Shown here: positions 1-13,259 of the stretch, in pieces
Numbering within the stretch: position 1 is the first letter of the stretch
Layout: each line of letters starts with the position of its first letter
Notes under the pieces: generated by a model
What the model was told of the DNA's origin: nothing
Database searches by the model: none
The model's input: the letters and a program-made list of their open reading frames with translations, nothing else
NCBI GenBank assembly: GCA_000165345.1
Contig: CM000430.1
Span: forward strand, 672,001 to 736,000
DNA length: 64,000 bases
Reading direction: 5' to 3'
Translations under genes and position numbers: made by a program

Positions 1-76
1 CATTTTTTATAATATTCGATAAATTCCCCCATAGCCTTAGCGCTCTCCCCACGTAAACAAACCAATATTTAGGCGC

Positions 77-98
77 TTTTTGGCGGGTTTTGCATGCA
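77..98. promoter_or_regulatory. E2F-like box (TTTTTGGCGGG) adjacent to TGCATGCA box, upstream of ArfGAP gene
   Basis: Motifs read directly: aggcgctttttggcgggttttgcatgcaatttg. Confidence 0.4.
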
Positions 99-475
99 AT
101 TTGAGCTAATATCATTTTTTCTTGTATTTGAATGAAGTTAAAGGAAGAAAGAAAAAGAGGGAAATAGTTATTAATAATAAAATTGATAACTAACCTGGTA
201 AAAAATAAATGGGAGCTAGGTTAATAATCTTTCAGTCAGAATATTGATTTGTAAATCAGAAAGAAAGAGACAGAAGAATCTAGGGAAAAAGTAATTCGCC
301 TAGAAGGTCCGGACAAATTTTTGCAAGTTTTACTCTTTTTGGAACATTAAACTAATTGAAATAATATAAATCAGAGGAATAAAGAAATATTTAGTAATAT
401 CGGCTTTTGAAGTTAAATTCTAAAAAAACTATAATTACTAAGCAATATTGAAAGATATTTTATTAAATCGAAATA

Positions 476-1720
476 ATGGACAATAAAACCCAACAATTCT
501 TTAAGAGTATAAAGGAAAAGGACCCTCTAAATAATAAATGTATTGACTGCGGAGCGCCTCATCCACAATGGGCATCAGTTTCACATGGATGCTTAATGTG
601 TTTGACATGTAGTGGTGTTCATAGAGGTTTGGGGGTACATATTAGTTTCATAAGATCCATTACAATGGATAGTTGGACTCCAAAACAAATGAAAGCAATG
701 GAATTGGGGGGCAATACCAGATTGACTGAGATTTTTAGTGAATACGGGCTCAATGGCTGTGATATTAAGAAAAAATACAACTCTCAAATAGCTGCCTATT
801 ACAGGGGAATGTTGAAAGATTTATGTGAGGGAAATACGCCAGGTCCAAAACCCTCAAAATCAATTGGTTGTTTGGAATATGTCCCTGAGAGCAATAATAA
901 GAATAATAATGTAGGTAGCAATAACGGATTTTCTCCAATGAGAACTGGTACATCTTTCTCATCTTCTAACTCATTTGGAAATAATCCAAGCGACGACAAA
1001 TATGCAAACTTATTTGACCGTAATATTGGTTCAAAAGGCTTTGGAGGAATTCTCGATAGTTTATCATCGTTTAGCATGAAGGTCATTTCCAATACAAAAA
1101 GCTATGCAGAAAGTACAATCAACCATGTGAATGAAAGAGGGATTTTAGAGAGCGCAATCGACTCAGTAAAAGCTGGAGGAACATACATTGAAGAAGCTGG
1201 TAGAGCTGTTGTTGAGAAGGTCCAGGACGAGAAATTCTGGTCAAATACCGCTACTACAATGCAAAACTCTGCTCAATGGGTCAATAACACTATTCAGAGT
1301 GGTATTTCTGGAGTTAATGAGGTTATCCAGACTGCAATTGATCCAAGTAATTTTAATGATCCACTCAACAACATTTTCGGTGATGATATTAATGAAGCTG
1401 AGACTGACAGAAGTGGCCAAATTGATCCTCAAAAATCCTTAGATTCCATAAATTCCAATTCATTTAATTCAAGTAACAGTAATTTTACTCGAACTATTGG
1501 TAGAAAGCCTTCTCCACCTTCAGAATCTTTAGCTACTAATATGAATAGTAATTCCAAGGCTTCTCCAAGTAACAAAGCTCCACAATCTGTCATTAGCTCA
1601 AGTAATAGTAACGTCAACATTGTACAATCCGATGTAAAGAATATTAACCTCTGGGAAAGCGATCTTGGGGATGATTGGGAGCCTAAAGACTTCAAAAAAG
1701 GTAATACCAAAAAGGCATGA
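476..1720 (+). CDS. ArfGAP domain protein
   Basis: The N-terminus carries the ArfGAP C4 zinc finger [40 protein letters not shown] plus MDSWT. The rest is Ser/Asn-rich and low complexity. The ATG at 476 is clean. Confidence 0.8.
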   Translation: MDNKTQQFFKSIKEKDPLNNKCIDCGAPHPQWASVSHGCLMCLTCSGVHRGLGVHISFIRSITMDSWTPKQMKAMELGGNTRLTEIFSEYGLNGCDIKKKYNSQIAAYYRGMLKDLCEGNTPGPKPSKSIGCLEYVPESNNKNNNVGSNNGFSPMRTGTSFSSSNSFGNNPSDDKYANLFDRNIGSKGFGGILDSLSSFSMKVISNTKSYAESTINHVNERGILESAIDSVKAGGTYIEEAGRAVVEKVQDEKFWSNTATTMQNSAQWVNNTIQSGISGVNEVIQTAIDPSNFNDPLNNIFGDDINEAETDRSGQIDPQKSLDSINSNSFNSSNSNFTRTIGRKPSPPSESLATNMNSNSKASPSNKAPQSVISSSNSNVNIVQSDVKNINLWESDLGDDWEPKDFKKGNTKKA

Positions 1721-2191
1721 GCTTTTTTTTTATATATTATTGCTTGTTCTAAAAATATCAATCCGAGTTTGAAGTAGGTAATCCATTTTGAAATATTAGA
1801 AATATTAAGAGTAAATTATTTTTTTTTATATTGGAATTACCAAACTCTTGAATTTAGTTTTAGTGGTATAATTTAATTAAATTTTAATCCTTCTTTTCTT
1901 AAGAAAAATAAGAGGATGGATGTTTTAATTTATATTCAAACTTAGAACTTGTAATATTATTTTGATTCCGTCTTTCAATTTAATATTAAATTCGAGATTA
2001 AACTCCATTATCTAGGTCGTCTCTCAAAATCTGAAGTTTTTTACCAAAAAGTAATTAAATGATAGACTATATGTTAACTCCTCATTCTTTTTGTCCTTGA
2101 ATATATCTGTGTGGAACTCTTGAACAATATTTTTCCCAATTTTCAATTTCCAAATTAATCTTAATTTTAAAAAATTTTTTGCAAGCACAAC

Positions 2192-2203
2192 TTTCCCGCC
2201 AAA
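2192..2203. promoter_or_regulatory. E2F-like site TTTCCCGCCAAA about 165 bp upstream of TTC27-like gene
   Basis: It matches the TTTSSCGC E2F consensus. Confidence 0.4.
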
Positions 2204-2367
2204 CCCATTTTGACCATTTATTTAAAGAATTTATAATTGTATTAAAAGAATTGTCAAAATTTGTATTGATTTTCTTATAATATTTAAAACATCCAAAAAT
2301 TAATATTTAACTTTATATTTATGTATAAATTATCTCAACAAAGGATTAAGTTAGGGATCTGATATAA

Positions 2368-5285
<2,918 letters not shown>

Positions 5286-5546
5286 CAAAATTTGTCTCAA
5301 CCAATTTATCAAAAGAAGTATTCTTCTATATTATTTTGATTCTTAGCAATAGTAATGATAAAATATTCATTTAAATTATTACTTCACTTAAATTAATTTC
5401 ATTAATTACATATTTTTTTAATTAACATCACATTTTTTTATTTCACTAATTGTTTTAATATTTTTATAGTAAAAAAGCAAAAAAAAAACTTTCTCAATTA
5501 CTTGCGTTAATGCTCCTTCCACATAAAATAAATATATTTATACACG

Positions 5547-5638
5547 TAATTTGCATGTAATTATTTAATACCGGTATCATTATGTAAACTCTTTCCACAT
5601 TGAAAAAAATGTTGACATATACATGCGTGCATGCAAAT
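5547..5638. promoter_or_regulatory. inverted pair AATTTGCATG ... CATGCAAATT with central ATACCGGTAT palindrome, upstream of PGM copy 1
   Basis: A 10-bp perfect inverted repeat flanks about 72 bp. The inner TGCATGCA box is at 5628-5635. Confidence 0.35.
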
Positions 5639-6134
5639 TTGCAATATATTTAGATAATATATTTCTTACTAAATCCTTTATTAGTTTTATTAAAACAATA
5701 AATAGAGAAAAGTATAAATTATTGTTATTATTACTATTATTATTATTATAAACACAAATTTTGGTTAATTATAAAAGGATAATATCAACAATAAGTAAGG
5801 ATAACAAATAAAGAGCTTAAAGTATAAATTGGAAACTAGTATTTGTGTTTTTTTTTAGAGTAAAGCAAACTGTGTGATTCAATATGAATAATAATTTCTG
5901 AATGCAAATAAATATCTTGGAAATTATCAAATTAAATTAATATTTAGTGGCGCTATGGGGAAAATATTTCTAATCTGGATATTATGTTAATATTACTACA
6001 TGAAATCAAAATAAGCTACTGAATTCAAGATAAATAATATTAAATAATTACCAATTATTTAAGTGCTTTTTTATAAAAACTTTTAAATAATTTTGTTAAG
6101 TTAATAATTGATATATTAATTATAAAATAAAAAT

Positions 6135-7841
6135 ATGGAGCAAGTTCAAGTAACGCCTTATCTTGACCAGAAGCCAGGAACAAGTGGTCTAAGAAAGAAA
6201 ACCCGTGTATTTATGGAAGGAACTTACTTGGCTAACTTTATTGAATCATACTTCCAATCATTCCCACCTGAAAATTTTGAAGGTGCAACACTTTTGGTAG
6301 CTGGCGATGGTAGATTCTTTCTACCAGAAGCAATACAAATTATTTCCGAAATTGCTGCAGCACATAAAGTTAAAAGGATTTGGACTGGTGTTAATGGCTT
6401 ATGTTCAACACCAGCAGGGAGTGCTATCATAAGAGAAAGAGAAGGCGGTATTGCAGTCGGTGGAATCTTATTAACAGCTTCACACAACCCAGGTGGTATT
6501 GATGAGGACTTTGGAGTTAAATTTAACGGAAAGAATGGTGGCCCAGCTCAAGATTCGGTTACCAATACAATTTTTGAAATTACAAAAAAATTAACATCAT
6601 ATAAGAAGATTTCACTTCCTAAAATTGATTTAAGTAAAATTGGCGTGCAGGAATTAATACCCAATCAATTTACCGTCGAAGTAATAGATACATCTGAAGA
6701 TTGGCTAAAATTAATGAAAAAGATATTTGATTTCCAAAAGATTCAAAATCTACTTAATAGAAAAGATTTTAAAATGGCTTTTGATTCTATGCATGGTGTG
6801 GCTGGACCATATGCAAGAAAACTCTTTGTTGACGAATTTGGATTGCCAGAAAGTTCATTGTTACATTTGGAATCAAAGCCAGATTTTGGAGGGCTTCATC
6901 CTGATCCAAATCTTACTTATGCAAAAGACTTAGTTGAATTAATGAAAGTTAAATCTCCAGAAAAAGTTGATAAAAGCACGCCAGATTTTGGTGCTGCTGG
7001 AGATGGTGACTGTGATAGAAATATGATTTTGGGTAAAGGATTCTTTGTTACCCCTTCAGATTCTGTTGCAATTATTGCATCATATGCGAAAGAAGCAATC
7101 CCATACTTCTCAAAAGGATTGGCTGGTGTCTCAAGATCTATGCCTACTAGTACTTCGCTCAATAATGTAGCAGAAAAGCTCGGAATCCCATGCTATGAGG
7201 TACCAACAGGATGGAAATACTTTGGTAATTTAATGGATGCAAAAATGATTGACATATGTGGTGAAGAATCTTTTGGAACAGGAAGTGACCATATTCGTGA
7301 AAAGGATGGATTATGGGCAGTGTTGGCTTGGTTATCGATTCTAGCCCACAAGAATCCAGACCCAACAAAGCCATTGGTATCTGTTGAGGATATCACTAGG
7401 GAATTCTGGAAAACATATGGAAGAAACTACTACACTAGATTCGATTACGAATCAATTGAAACAGAAAAAGCTGATCAATTCTTTAAACATTTAAATTCTT
7501 TAATGGAAGATCATCAGAAATTAAGAGAAATCATTAAACCATATGGTATTGATATCAAATTAACTGATAACTTTACATATAATGATCCAGTAGATAAATC
7601 TGTCGCAAAAAATCAGGGTTTAAGATTTATCTTTCAGGATAACTCCAGAGTTGTTTTCCGCCTATCAGGTACAGGTTCAGTAGGAGCAACAATTCGAATT
7701 TACATTGAAAAGACTGTGAGTGATCAAACAAAAGTTAATAGCACATCAAACGAAATCCTTGGCGATTTGATTGAGATAGTTGAGAAAAAGATTAAATTAA
7801 AAGAATCGACAGGAAGAGATAGGCCAACTGTTATAACTTAA
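6135..7841 (+). CDS. phosphoglucomutase (alpha-D-phosphohexomutase), upstream cytosolic-type copy
   Basis: It has the active-site loop TASHNPGG and the metal-binding loop DGDCDRNMILG, and the length is PGM-like at 568 aa. There is no signal peptide. Confidence 0.9.
   Translation: MEQVQVTPYLDQKPGTSGLRKKTRVFMEGTYLANFIESYFQSFPPENFEGATLLVAGDGRFFLPEAIQIISEIAAAHKVKRIWTGVNGLCSTPAGSAIIREREGGIAVGGILLTASHNPGGIDEDFGVKFNGKNGGPAQDSVTNTIFEITKKLTSYKKISLPKIDLSKIGVQELIPNQFTVEVIDTSEDWLKLMKKIFDFQKIQNLLNRKDFKMAFDSMHGVAGPYARKLFVDEFGLPESSLLHLESKPDFGGLHPDPNLTYAKDLVELMKVKSPEKVDKSTPDFGAAGDGDCDRNMILGKGFFVTPSDSVAIIASYAKEAIPYFSKGLAGVSRSMPTSTSLNNVAEKLGIPCYEVPTGWKYFGNLMDAKMIDICGEESFGTGSDHIREKDGLWAVLAWLSILAHKNPDPTKPLVSVEDITREFWKTYGRNYYTRFDYESIETEKADQFFKHLNSLMEDHQKLREIIKPYGIDIKLTDNFTYNDPVDKSVAKNQGLRFIFQDNSRVVFRLSGTGSVGATIRIYIEKTVSDQTKVNSTSNEILGDLIEIVEKKIKLKESTGRDRPTVIT
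6174..7530 (+). repeat. near-identical segment of tandem PGM duplication (partner 8397..9752)
   Basis: By direct comparison the two tracts are collinear at an offset of 2223 bp with only scattered mismatches. Identity collapses immediately 3' of the codons for MEDHQ/MEDSQ. Confidence 0.85.
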
Positions 7842-8051
7842 TTTTATGGTAATAAACAGGAAACTTAAAAAAGTATAATTCTAAAGATTTTAATGAATTT
7901 TTAATTTCTTAATGTAATTGTTTACAAAATGATTTAATCTGAACTCGAAAAAAAAAAAAAAAAGACCTCATCTTTCGAGGGTTTGGAAGAGCTAATAACA
8001 TTACCGCAAATTAAGAATTAAAACAACACTTTTACTACTTTTTTTACAAAG

Positions 8052-10064
8052 ATGATGAAAATTTTGAACATACTCTTTTCATTAGTTCTTGTAAGTCAGT
8101 ATGTCAATGCAAACGAAAGTGTGGGGAATTTGAGATATTTGCAGAAAATAAATCTGATCGAACCTACCGATGGTCAAGCAAAGGTAGTTACCTCCCAGGA
8201 TGTTCAAATTAATCAGGGAAGGGCCCTAATTAAGAAGAAAGTGTCCGTAGTAACAAGAAATGTCATTGAAACCGAAACAACTGAGACTTATTATTATTCA
8301 GATAAAGGTCTAGATGCTTGGAGTCCTAATGAAAATGATAATCTATTAGATATGTTAGTTCAAGAAGTTCAAATATCTCCTTATCTTGATCAAAAGCCAG
8401 GAACAAGTGGTCTAAGAAAGAAAACCCGTGTATTTATGGAAGGAACTTACTTGGCTAACTTTATTGAATCATACTTCCAATCATTCCCACCTGAAAATTT
8501 TGAAGGTGCAACACTTTTGGTAGCTGGCGATGGTAGATTCTTTCTACCAGAAGCAATACAAATTATTTCCGAAATTGCTGCAGCACATAAAGTTAAAAGG
8601 ATTTGGACTGGTGTTAACGGTTTATGTTCAACACCAGCAGGGAGTGCTATCATAAGAGAAAGAGAAGGCGGTATTGCAGTCGGTGGAATCTTATTAACAG
8701 CTTCACACAACCCAGGTGGTATTGATGAGGACTTTGGAGTTAAATTTAACGAAAAGAATGGAGGCCCAGCTCAAGATTCGGTCACCAACGCAATTTTTGA
8801 AATTACAAAAAAATTAACATCATATAAGAAGATTTCACTTCCCAAAATTGATTTAAGTAAAATTGGCGTACAGGAATTAATACCCAATCAATTTACCGTC
8901 GAAGTAATAGATACATCTGAAGATTGGCTAAAATTAATGAAAAAGATATTTGATTTCCAAAAGATTCAAAATCTACTTAATAGAAAAGATTTTAAAATGG
9001 TCTTTGATTCTATGCATGGTGTGGCTGGACCATATGCAAGAAAACTCTTTATTGACGAATTTGGATTGCCAGAAAGTTCATTGTTACATTTGGAATCAAA
9101 GCCAGATTTTGGAGGGCTTCATCCTGATCCAAATCTTACTTATGCAAAAGACTTAGTTGAATTAATGAAAGTTAAATCGCCAGAAAAAGTTGATAAAAAC
9201 ACACCAGATTTTGGTGCTGCTGGAGATGGTGACTGTGATAGAAATATGATTTTGGGTAAAGGATTCTTTGTTACCCCTTCAGATTCTGTTGCAATTATTG
9301 CATCATATGCAAAAGAAGCAATCCCATACTTCTCAAAAGGATTGGCTGGTGTCTCAAGATCTATGCCTACTAGTACGTCGCTCAATAATGTAGCAGAAAA
9401 GCTCGGAATCCCATGCTACGAGGTACCAACAGGATGGAAATACTTTGGTAATTTAATGGATGCAAAAATGATTGACATATGTGGTGAAGAATCTTTTGGA
9501 ACAGGAAGTGACCATATTCGTGAAAAGGACGGATTATGGGCAGTGTTGGCTTGGTTATCGATTCTAGCCTACAAGAATCCAGACCCAACAAAATCATTAG
9601 TATCTGTTGAGGATATCACTAGGGAATTCTGGAAAACATATGGAAGAAACTACTACACTAGATTCGATTACGAATCAGTCGAAACAGAAAAAGCTGATCA
9701 ATTCTTTAAACATTTAAATTCTTTAATGGAAGATTCTCAGAAATTAAGAAACTCTCTCCGTTCAAGTGGGTTGAAGGTGAAATTTATGGATAACTTTACA
9801 TATAATGATCCAGTAGATGGTTCAGTTACAAAAAATCAGGGTGTTAGGATTATATTTACGGACGGTTCAAGAATTATTTTTAGAATTTCTGGAACAGGAT
9901 CAGTGGGAGCAACTATTAGGGTATATATGGAGAAGACTGTTAAAAACCCTCAGGAATTTGAAAAAACAACCCAACAAGCTCTAAATCACTTAATTGAGAT
10001 AGTTGAGAAAAAGATCAAATTAAAAGAGATTACTGGTAGAAGCAAGCCTACAGTAATTACTTAA
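8052..10064 (+). CDS. phosphoglucomutase paralog with N-terminal signal peptide and ~105-aa extension (parafusin-like candidate)
   Basis: It has the same TASHNPGG and DGDCDRNM motifs. The N-terminus MMKILNILFSLVLVSQYVNANES is a predicted signal peptide. Nucleotides 8397-9752 are about 98-99% identical to 6174-7530 of the upstream copy. Confidence 0.85.
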   Translation: MMKILNILFSLVLVSQYVNANESVGNLRYLQKINLIEPTDGQAKVVTSQDVQINQGRALIKKKVSVVTRNVIETETTETYYYSDKGLDAWSPNENDNLLDMLVQEVQISPYLDQKPGTSGLRKKTRVFMEGTYLANFIESYFQSFPPENFEGATLLVAGDGRFFLPEAIQIISEIAAAHKVKRIWTGVNGLCSTPAGSAIIREREGGIAVGGILLTASHNPGGIDEDFGVKFNEKNGGPAQDSVTNAIFEITKKLTSYKKISLPKIDLSKIGVQELIPNQFTVEVIDTSEDWLKLMKKIFDFQKIQNLLNRKDFKMVFDSMHGVAGPYARKLFIDEFGLPESSLLHLESKPDFGGLHPDPNLTYAKDLVELMKVKSPEKVDKNTPDFGAAGDGDCDRNMILGKGFFVTPSDSVAIIASYAKEAIPYFSKGLAGVSRSMPTSTSLNNVAEKLGIPCYEVPTGWKYFGNLMDAKMIDICGEESFGTGSDHIREKDGLWAVLAWLSILAYKNPDPTKSLVSVEDITREFWKTYGRNYYTRFDYESVETEKADQFFKHLNSLMEDSQKLRNSLRSSGLKVKFMDNFTYNDPVDGSVTKNQGVRIIFTDGSRIIFRISGTGSVGATIRVYMEKTVKNPQEFEKTTQQALNHLIEIVEKKIKLKEITGRSKPTVIT

Positions 10065-10918
10065 ATCTTTTTCTGTATTAAAAAATAAATAATTTCATTA
10101 TTTTATAATTTTTCTTGGTGCAATTTGGAATTTAAATCAACGAATCTATGTATGGAGCCCTCATTTTTTTCTTCGTTTTGTTTTTATAGATATTTTTATT
10201 TGAGTTCAGTTCATTTTTTCAATATTTTCACTAATTTTTTCTCATTGTAATGGATTATTTAAATTTAATAAAAACTGGAATTATATCACTACATCATTTG
10301 TGGATTAATTAAGTTTTTATCCTTTCAAGTTTAGAAAGTTTGTAAAGTTTTATTATTTTTAGTTAGTCTTAAATCATTATGTGATAATTTATTCTGAATG
10401 ATGCATAATTTAATAAGATAAAATAGAATGTAATGTAATTTTGTCACATAAACCGTATTTAGGTCGTTTTGTATTACTTTATCATTAAGTTTCTATGCCT
10501 TTATTTTATCTCTTACTAAATTATCTATTTCCTTTTTTTTTTATAATGGATGCTCAAGTACATGCAACTAATTGCATGCTTTTGGCGCCAGAATGACATT
10601 TTTTCTCCTTTATTTAGCTTCAATATTTTTGTAAACTAGAAAAGGCGAACTAAAAGAAATAACTTACACACACATACAAAGTGCTTTCTTATTTTTATAG
10701 AAAAAAAAAGGAATATTAGAAATAAGCTTTTTTTTATTGTATTATTGTTTAATATGGGCTCTACAAGGAAATATTTTCTAAAAAAACATGGTTTTATTCT
10801 ATACCAAAATAAAATAATTGCTTTACTAATTGCGCAAAAATAAAATAAGTTTAATTAATCATTTCTTTGGTTTGTTAATTAATAATTTCTAACCATTATT
10901 CAAATATATTAATTATGT

Positions 10919-10986
10919 GGGCCCGCCTACGATAGAAATTGCCCGCCCAACGTCCATTCCGACGACAATGGTAGGCGGGAATTTCT
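10919..10986. promoter_or_regulatory. GC-rich island with three CCCGCC/GGCGGG E2F-like cores and 9-bp inverted repeat (CCCGCCTAC...GTAGGCGGG)
   Basis: It is the only GC-rich stretch in a 1.5-kb AT-rich intergenic region. A neighbouring TTGCATGC+TTTGGCGCC pair lies at 10572-10589. Confidence 0.35.
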
Positions 10987-11558
10987 GAGACAATTTTTAT
11001 GAAAATATTAAAGTACCGATATAGAGGTTAATTATATAACTGGTAAGATTTTTCTTTTTTTTTTTAATTTAAAAGAATTAGAAAATGTATAAATAAAAAC
11101 CGGGTAAATACAAGAAACATTATTTAAAGTAAATAATACAGCCAAGTATATTATTAAGGGGAAAAGACATAAAGTTAATGTACTTTTATTAAATAAGAAA
11201 ATAATAGTCAAAACCCCGGGATATAATTGTGGAAAAAAAAAACTGAATATAAAAAAATACCAAGGAGGAATAAGCGAAGTAATTGACAAGAAATCATCAT
11301 ATTTGATATAAATCAAGTTGTTTAGATTTTTTTCAATAATACAGTTTAGTATCCACGCATATATATATATATATATAAATATATATAAATATATATGTAC
11401 ATACATTTATGCCAATAGAGAGCCTTACATAGTTATTAAAGAAAATTTTAATTTAACTATACAAATAGAATATTGTTTAAGTTACAAGAACAATATCTAA
11501 TATATAAGAAATTTCATGTAACTATACAAATTAATTTGGGGATTTCTATGAGAAAAAA

Positions 11559-13259
11559 ATGAATAATATGAAGTTTTTATTTTATTTTGGATTTTTGGTT
11601 TATGTTATTGGATCATCTGTGAATGCTAATGATTTAGCTCTTCCTCTTAAGAAGAATAAGGAATGCGAACATTGCATTATAAAGGGCGATCAAAGTGTTA
11701 AAACTCAGGTTAAAGGAGCCTATTTAGTGGTTGAGAAGGAAACCACTCTTTCTAAAACTCCAGATACACAAATTAAGCCATTTGATGAAGTTCCAAAACC
11801 ACCAAAGGTTGGAACTGATGATGCCGAAGATGATAAAACCAATGTTAAGGAATTAAGTCCCACTGTTGGTGAAGTTCCAAATGTTGTTCCAGAGCCTAGA
11901 TATATTCCAACTGTAAAGATATATGATTCTCAAATTGAGGATTTATCATTTCCAGAAGATGTTGATTCAGAAACACAATCAGAAGAGTCTGAAGATGATA
12001 ATGAAGATGAGCTTATTTTGACACGTTTGCAACTTGGAGGCCAAGTTGAAGTGGTTTCAAAGAGAGACAGTGAAGGTAAGATTGAGATTCAGAATATTGG
12101 TAACCTTGATTTATCTTGTACTCGAATTGAAGAGGAAACTAAGCCAAAGAGTAAATCAAAACTTAGAGGTAATAAATCTTCAAATTCAATGGTTTCTGGT
12201 TCAGATTGCCCTCAAAGTACCCGTTTCCTGACATATGATCTCTTAATGTTACAGAATGTAGGAGAGGAGCCTACTGATGGTGATAGTGTTACTTCACAGC
12301 CATCTTTAGAGCATACAGAGTCTGAGCAGAATAGCGGTAACGGTCGTGTTATTAGAAAGTTAGCTAGTGGTTTGGAATGCGATAAATGTGAATTATGCAC
12401 AGAAGATAAGAAATGCTTCTACCATAATGGTAAGAATACTGATAAATCTTCTGAGGCTTTAGAGTCAGACCTACCTTCATCTACTACTACTACTACTACT
12501 ACTACTTCTTCTTCTACTACCACTACCACTACCACTACCACTACCACTACTACTACTACTACCACCACCGCAATCCCACCTTCAATGTCAGATGAGGAGA
12601 AGTCACCATTTGTAAGTGATGATATCTCCAACGATGAAGTCCCAGCTCAAGATGACTCAAATAAGACTCCATCTACTGAAACAAATAAAGATATAGATAT
12701 GAATGTTTTATTAGACAATATGAATGCTTTAGTTAAGATCGTTAAGGAAGGGAAAGAAGAAAGTGCTAAGGCTCAGTTAGAACTTCGTAAAGATAGGGAA
12801 CTATTGACCAAGGTTATTTTAGATCTTAGAGATTCCAAGGATTTGACACAATTATATATACAGCTTGCCAAACTTGAGATGGAAATTAACTTGGTTAAAC
12901 AAAATATTGGACAATTGAAGAGAGATTTAGAAAAGGCCAAATCTTCTAGTAACTTTTTGACTCAATATGAGAATAAGAATAATACAGAATTAGAATTAAT
13001 GAAAGAGAAAGCTATGAGTAGTAAATTATATTCTCCTAAACTTGCAAGAGCAATTTCCAGACTTGAAAAGAAAAAGATCAGTACTCATGCTATTCAAAAG
13101 GATGTCAGTAAGAGAATTGAAAGCTTATCACAAGCTATTTCTACTGAAGAATCTCGTATTTCTGAATTATTAGAGCAAAAGAAGAAAACTGAAAATATAA
13201 TAAATAAGATTTCAAGTGAGGAGAGGTTATCATTCGATGAAGTTGATAATAAGCATTAA
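11559..13259 (+). CDS. secreted Thr/Ser-rich mucin-like protein with C-terminal coiled coil
   Basis: It has the signal peptide MNNMKFLFYFGFLVYVIGSSVNANDLA and an acidic region. It has a tract of about 30 uninterrupted Thr/Ser encoded by (ACT/ACC)n, which is a likely O-glycosylation stalk. The C-terminus has heptad-like coiled-coil sequence. Confidence 0.6.
   Translation: MNNMKFLFYFGFLVYVIGSSVNANDLALPLKKNKECEHCIIKGDQSVKTQVKGAYLVVEKETTLSKTPDTQIKPFDEVPKPPKVGTDDAEDDKTNVKELSPTVGEVPNVVPEPRYIPTVKIYDSQIEDLSFPEDVDSETQSEESEDDNEDELILTRLQLGGQVEVVSKRDSEGKIEIQNIGNLDLSCTRIEEETKPKSKSKLRGNKSSNSMVSGSDCPQSTRFLTYDLLMLQNVGEEPTDGDSVTSQPSLEHTESEQNSGNGRVIRKLASGLECDKCELCTEDKKCFYHNGKNTDKSSEALESDLPSSTTTTTTTTSSSTTTTTTTTTTTTTTTTTTAIPPSMSDEEKSPFVSDDISNDEVPAQDDSNKTPSTETNKDIDMNVLLDNMNALVKIVKEGKEESAKAQLELRKDRELLTKVILDLRDSKDLTQLYIQLAKLEMEINLVKQNIGQLKRDLEKAKSSSNFLTQYENKNNTELELMKEKAMSSKLYSPKLARAISRLEKKKISTHAIQKDVSKRIESLSQAISTEESRISELLEQKKKTENIINKISSEERLSFDEVDNKH
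12479..12569 (+). repeat. trinucleotide (ACY)n coding microsatellite (poly-Thr)
   Basis: The sequence is tactactactact...accactaccact...; the antisense ORF 12419..12631 is a poly-Val artefact of this repeat. Confidence 0.9.

Noticed and set aside
7940-7976. Hairpin-capable CTCGAAA…poly(A)16…TTTCGAG in the PGM1-PGM2 spacer as a possible terminator
   Set aside because: It is a short 7-bp stem around a homopolymer. There is no eukaryotic precedent for such a terminator, and it is most likely incidental to a poly-A slippage tract.
6224-8710. Identical 87-aa antisense ORFs (6224..6487 and 8447..8710) and other ORF pairs (6727..6933 and 8950..9156; 6917..7162 and 9140..9385; 7159..7374 and 9382..9597)
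   Set aside because: These are by-products of the PGM tandem duplication. They lie inside or antisense to a strongly supported PGM reading frame and have no independent support.
10919-10986. GC island as a possible tRNA gene
   Set aside because: No cloverleaf can be drawn. It has no T-arm GTTCGAATC-like box and no D-arm, and it fits the E2F-like motif family seen elsewhere.
11032-11500. ORFs 11032..11406 (-) and 11318..11500 (+) in the AT-rich intergenic region
   Set aside because: They are driven by (TA)n and poly-A/T low complexity (YIYIYIY). They have no start context and no coding-like composition.
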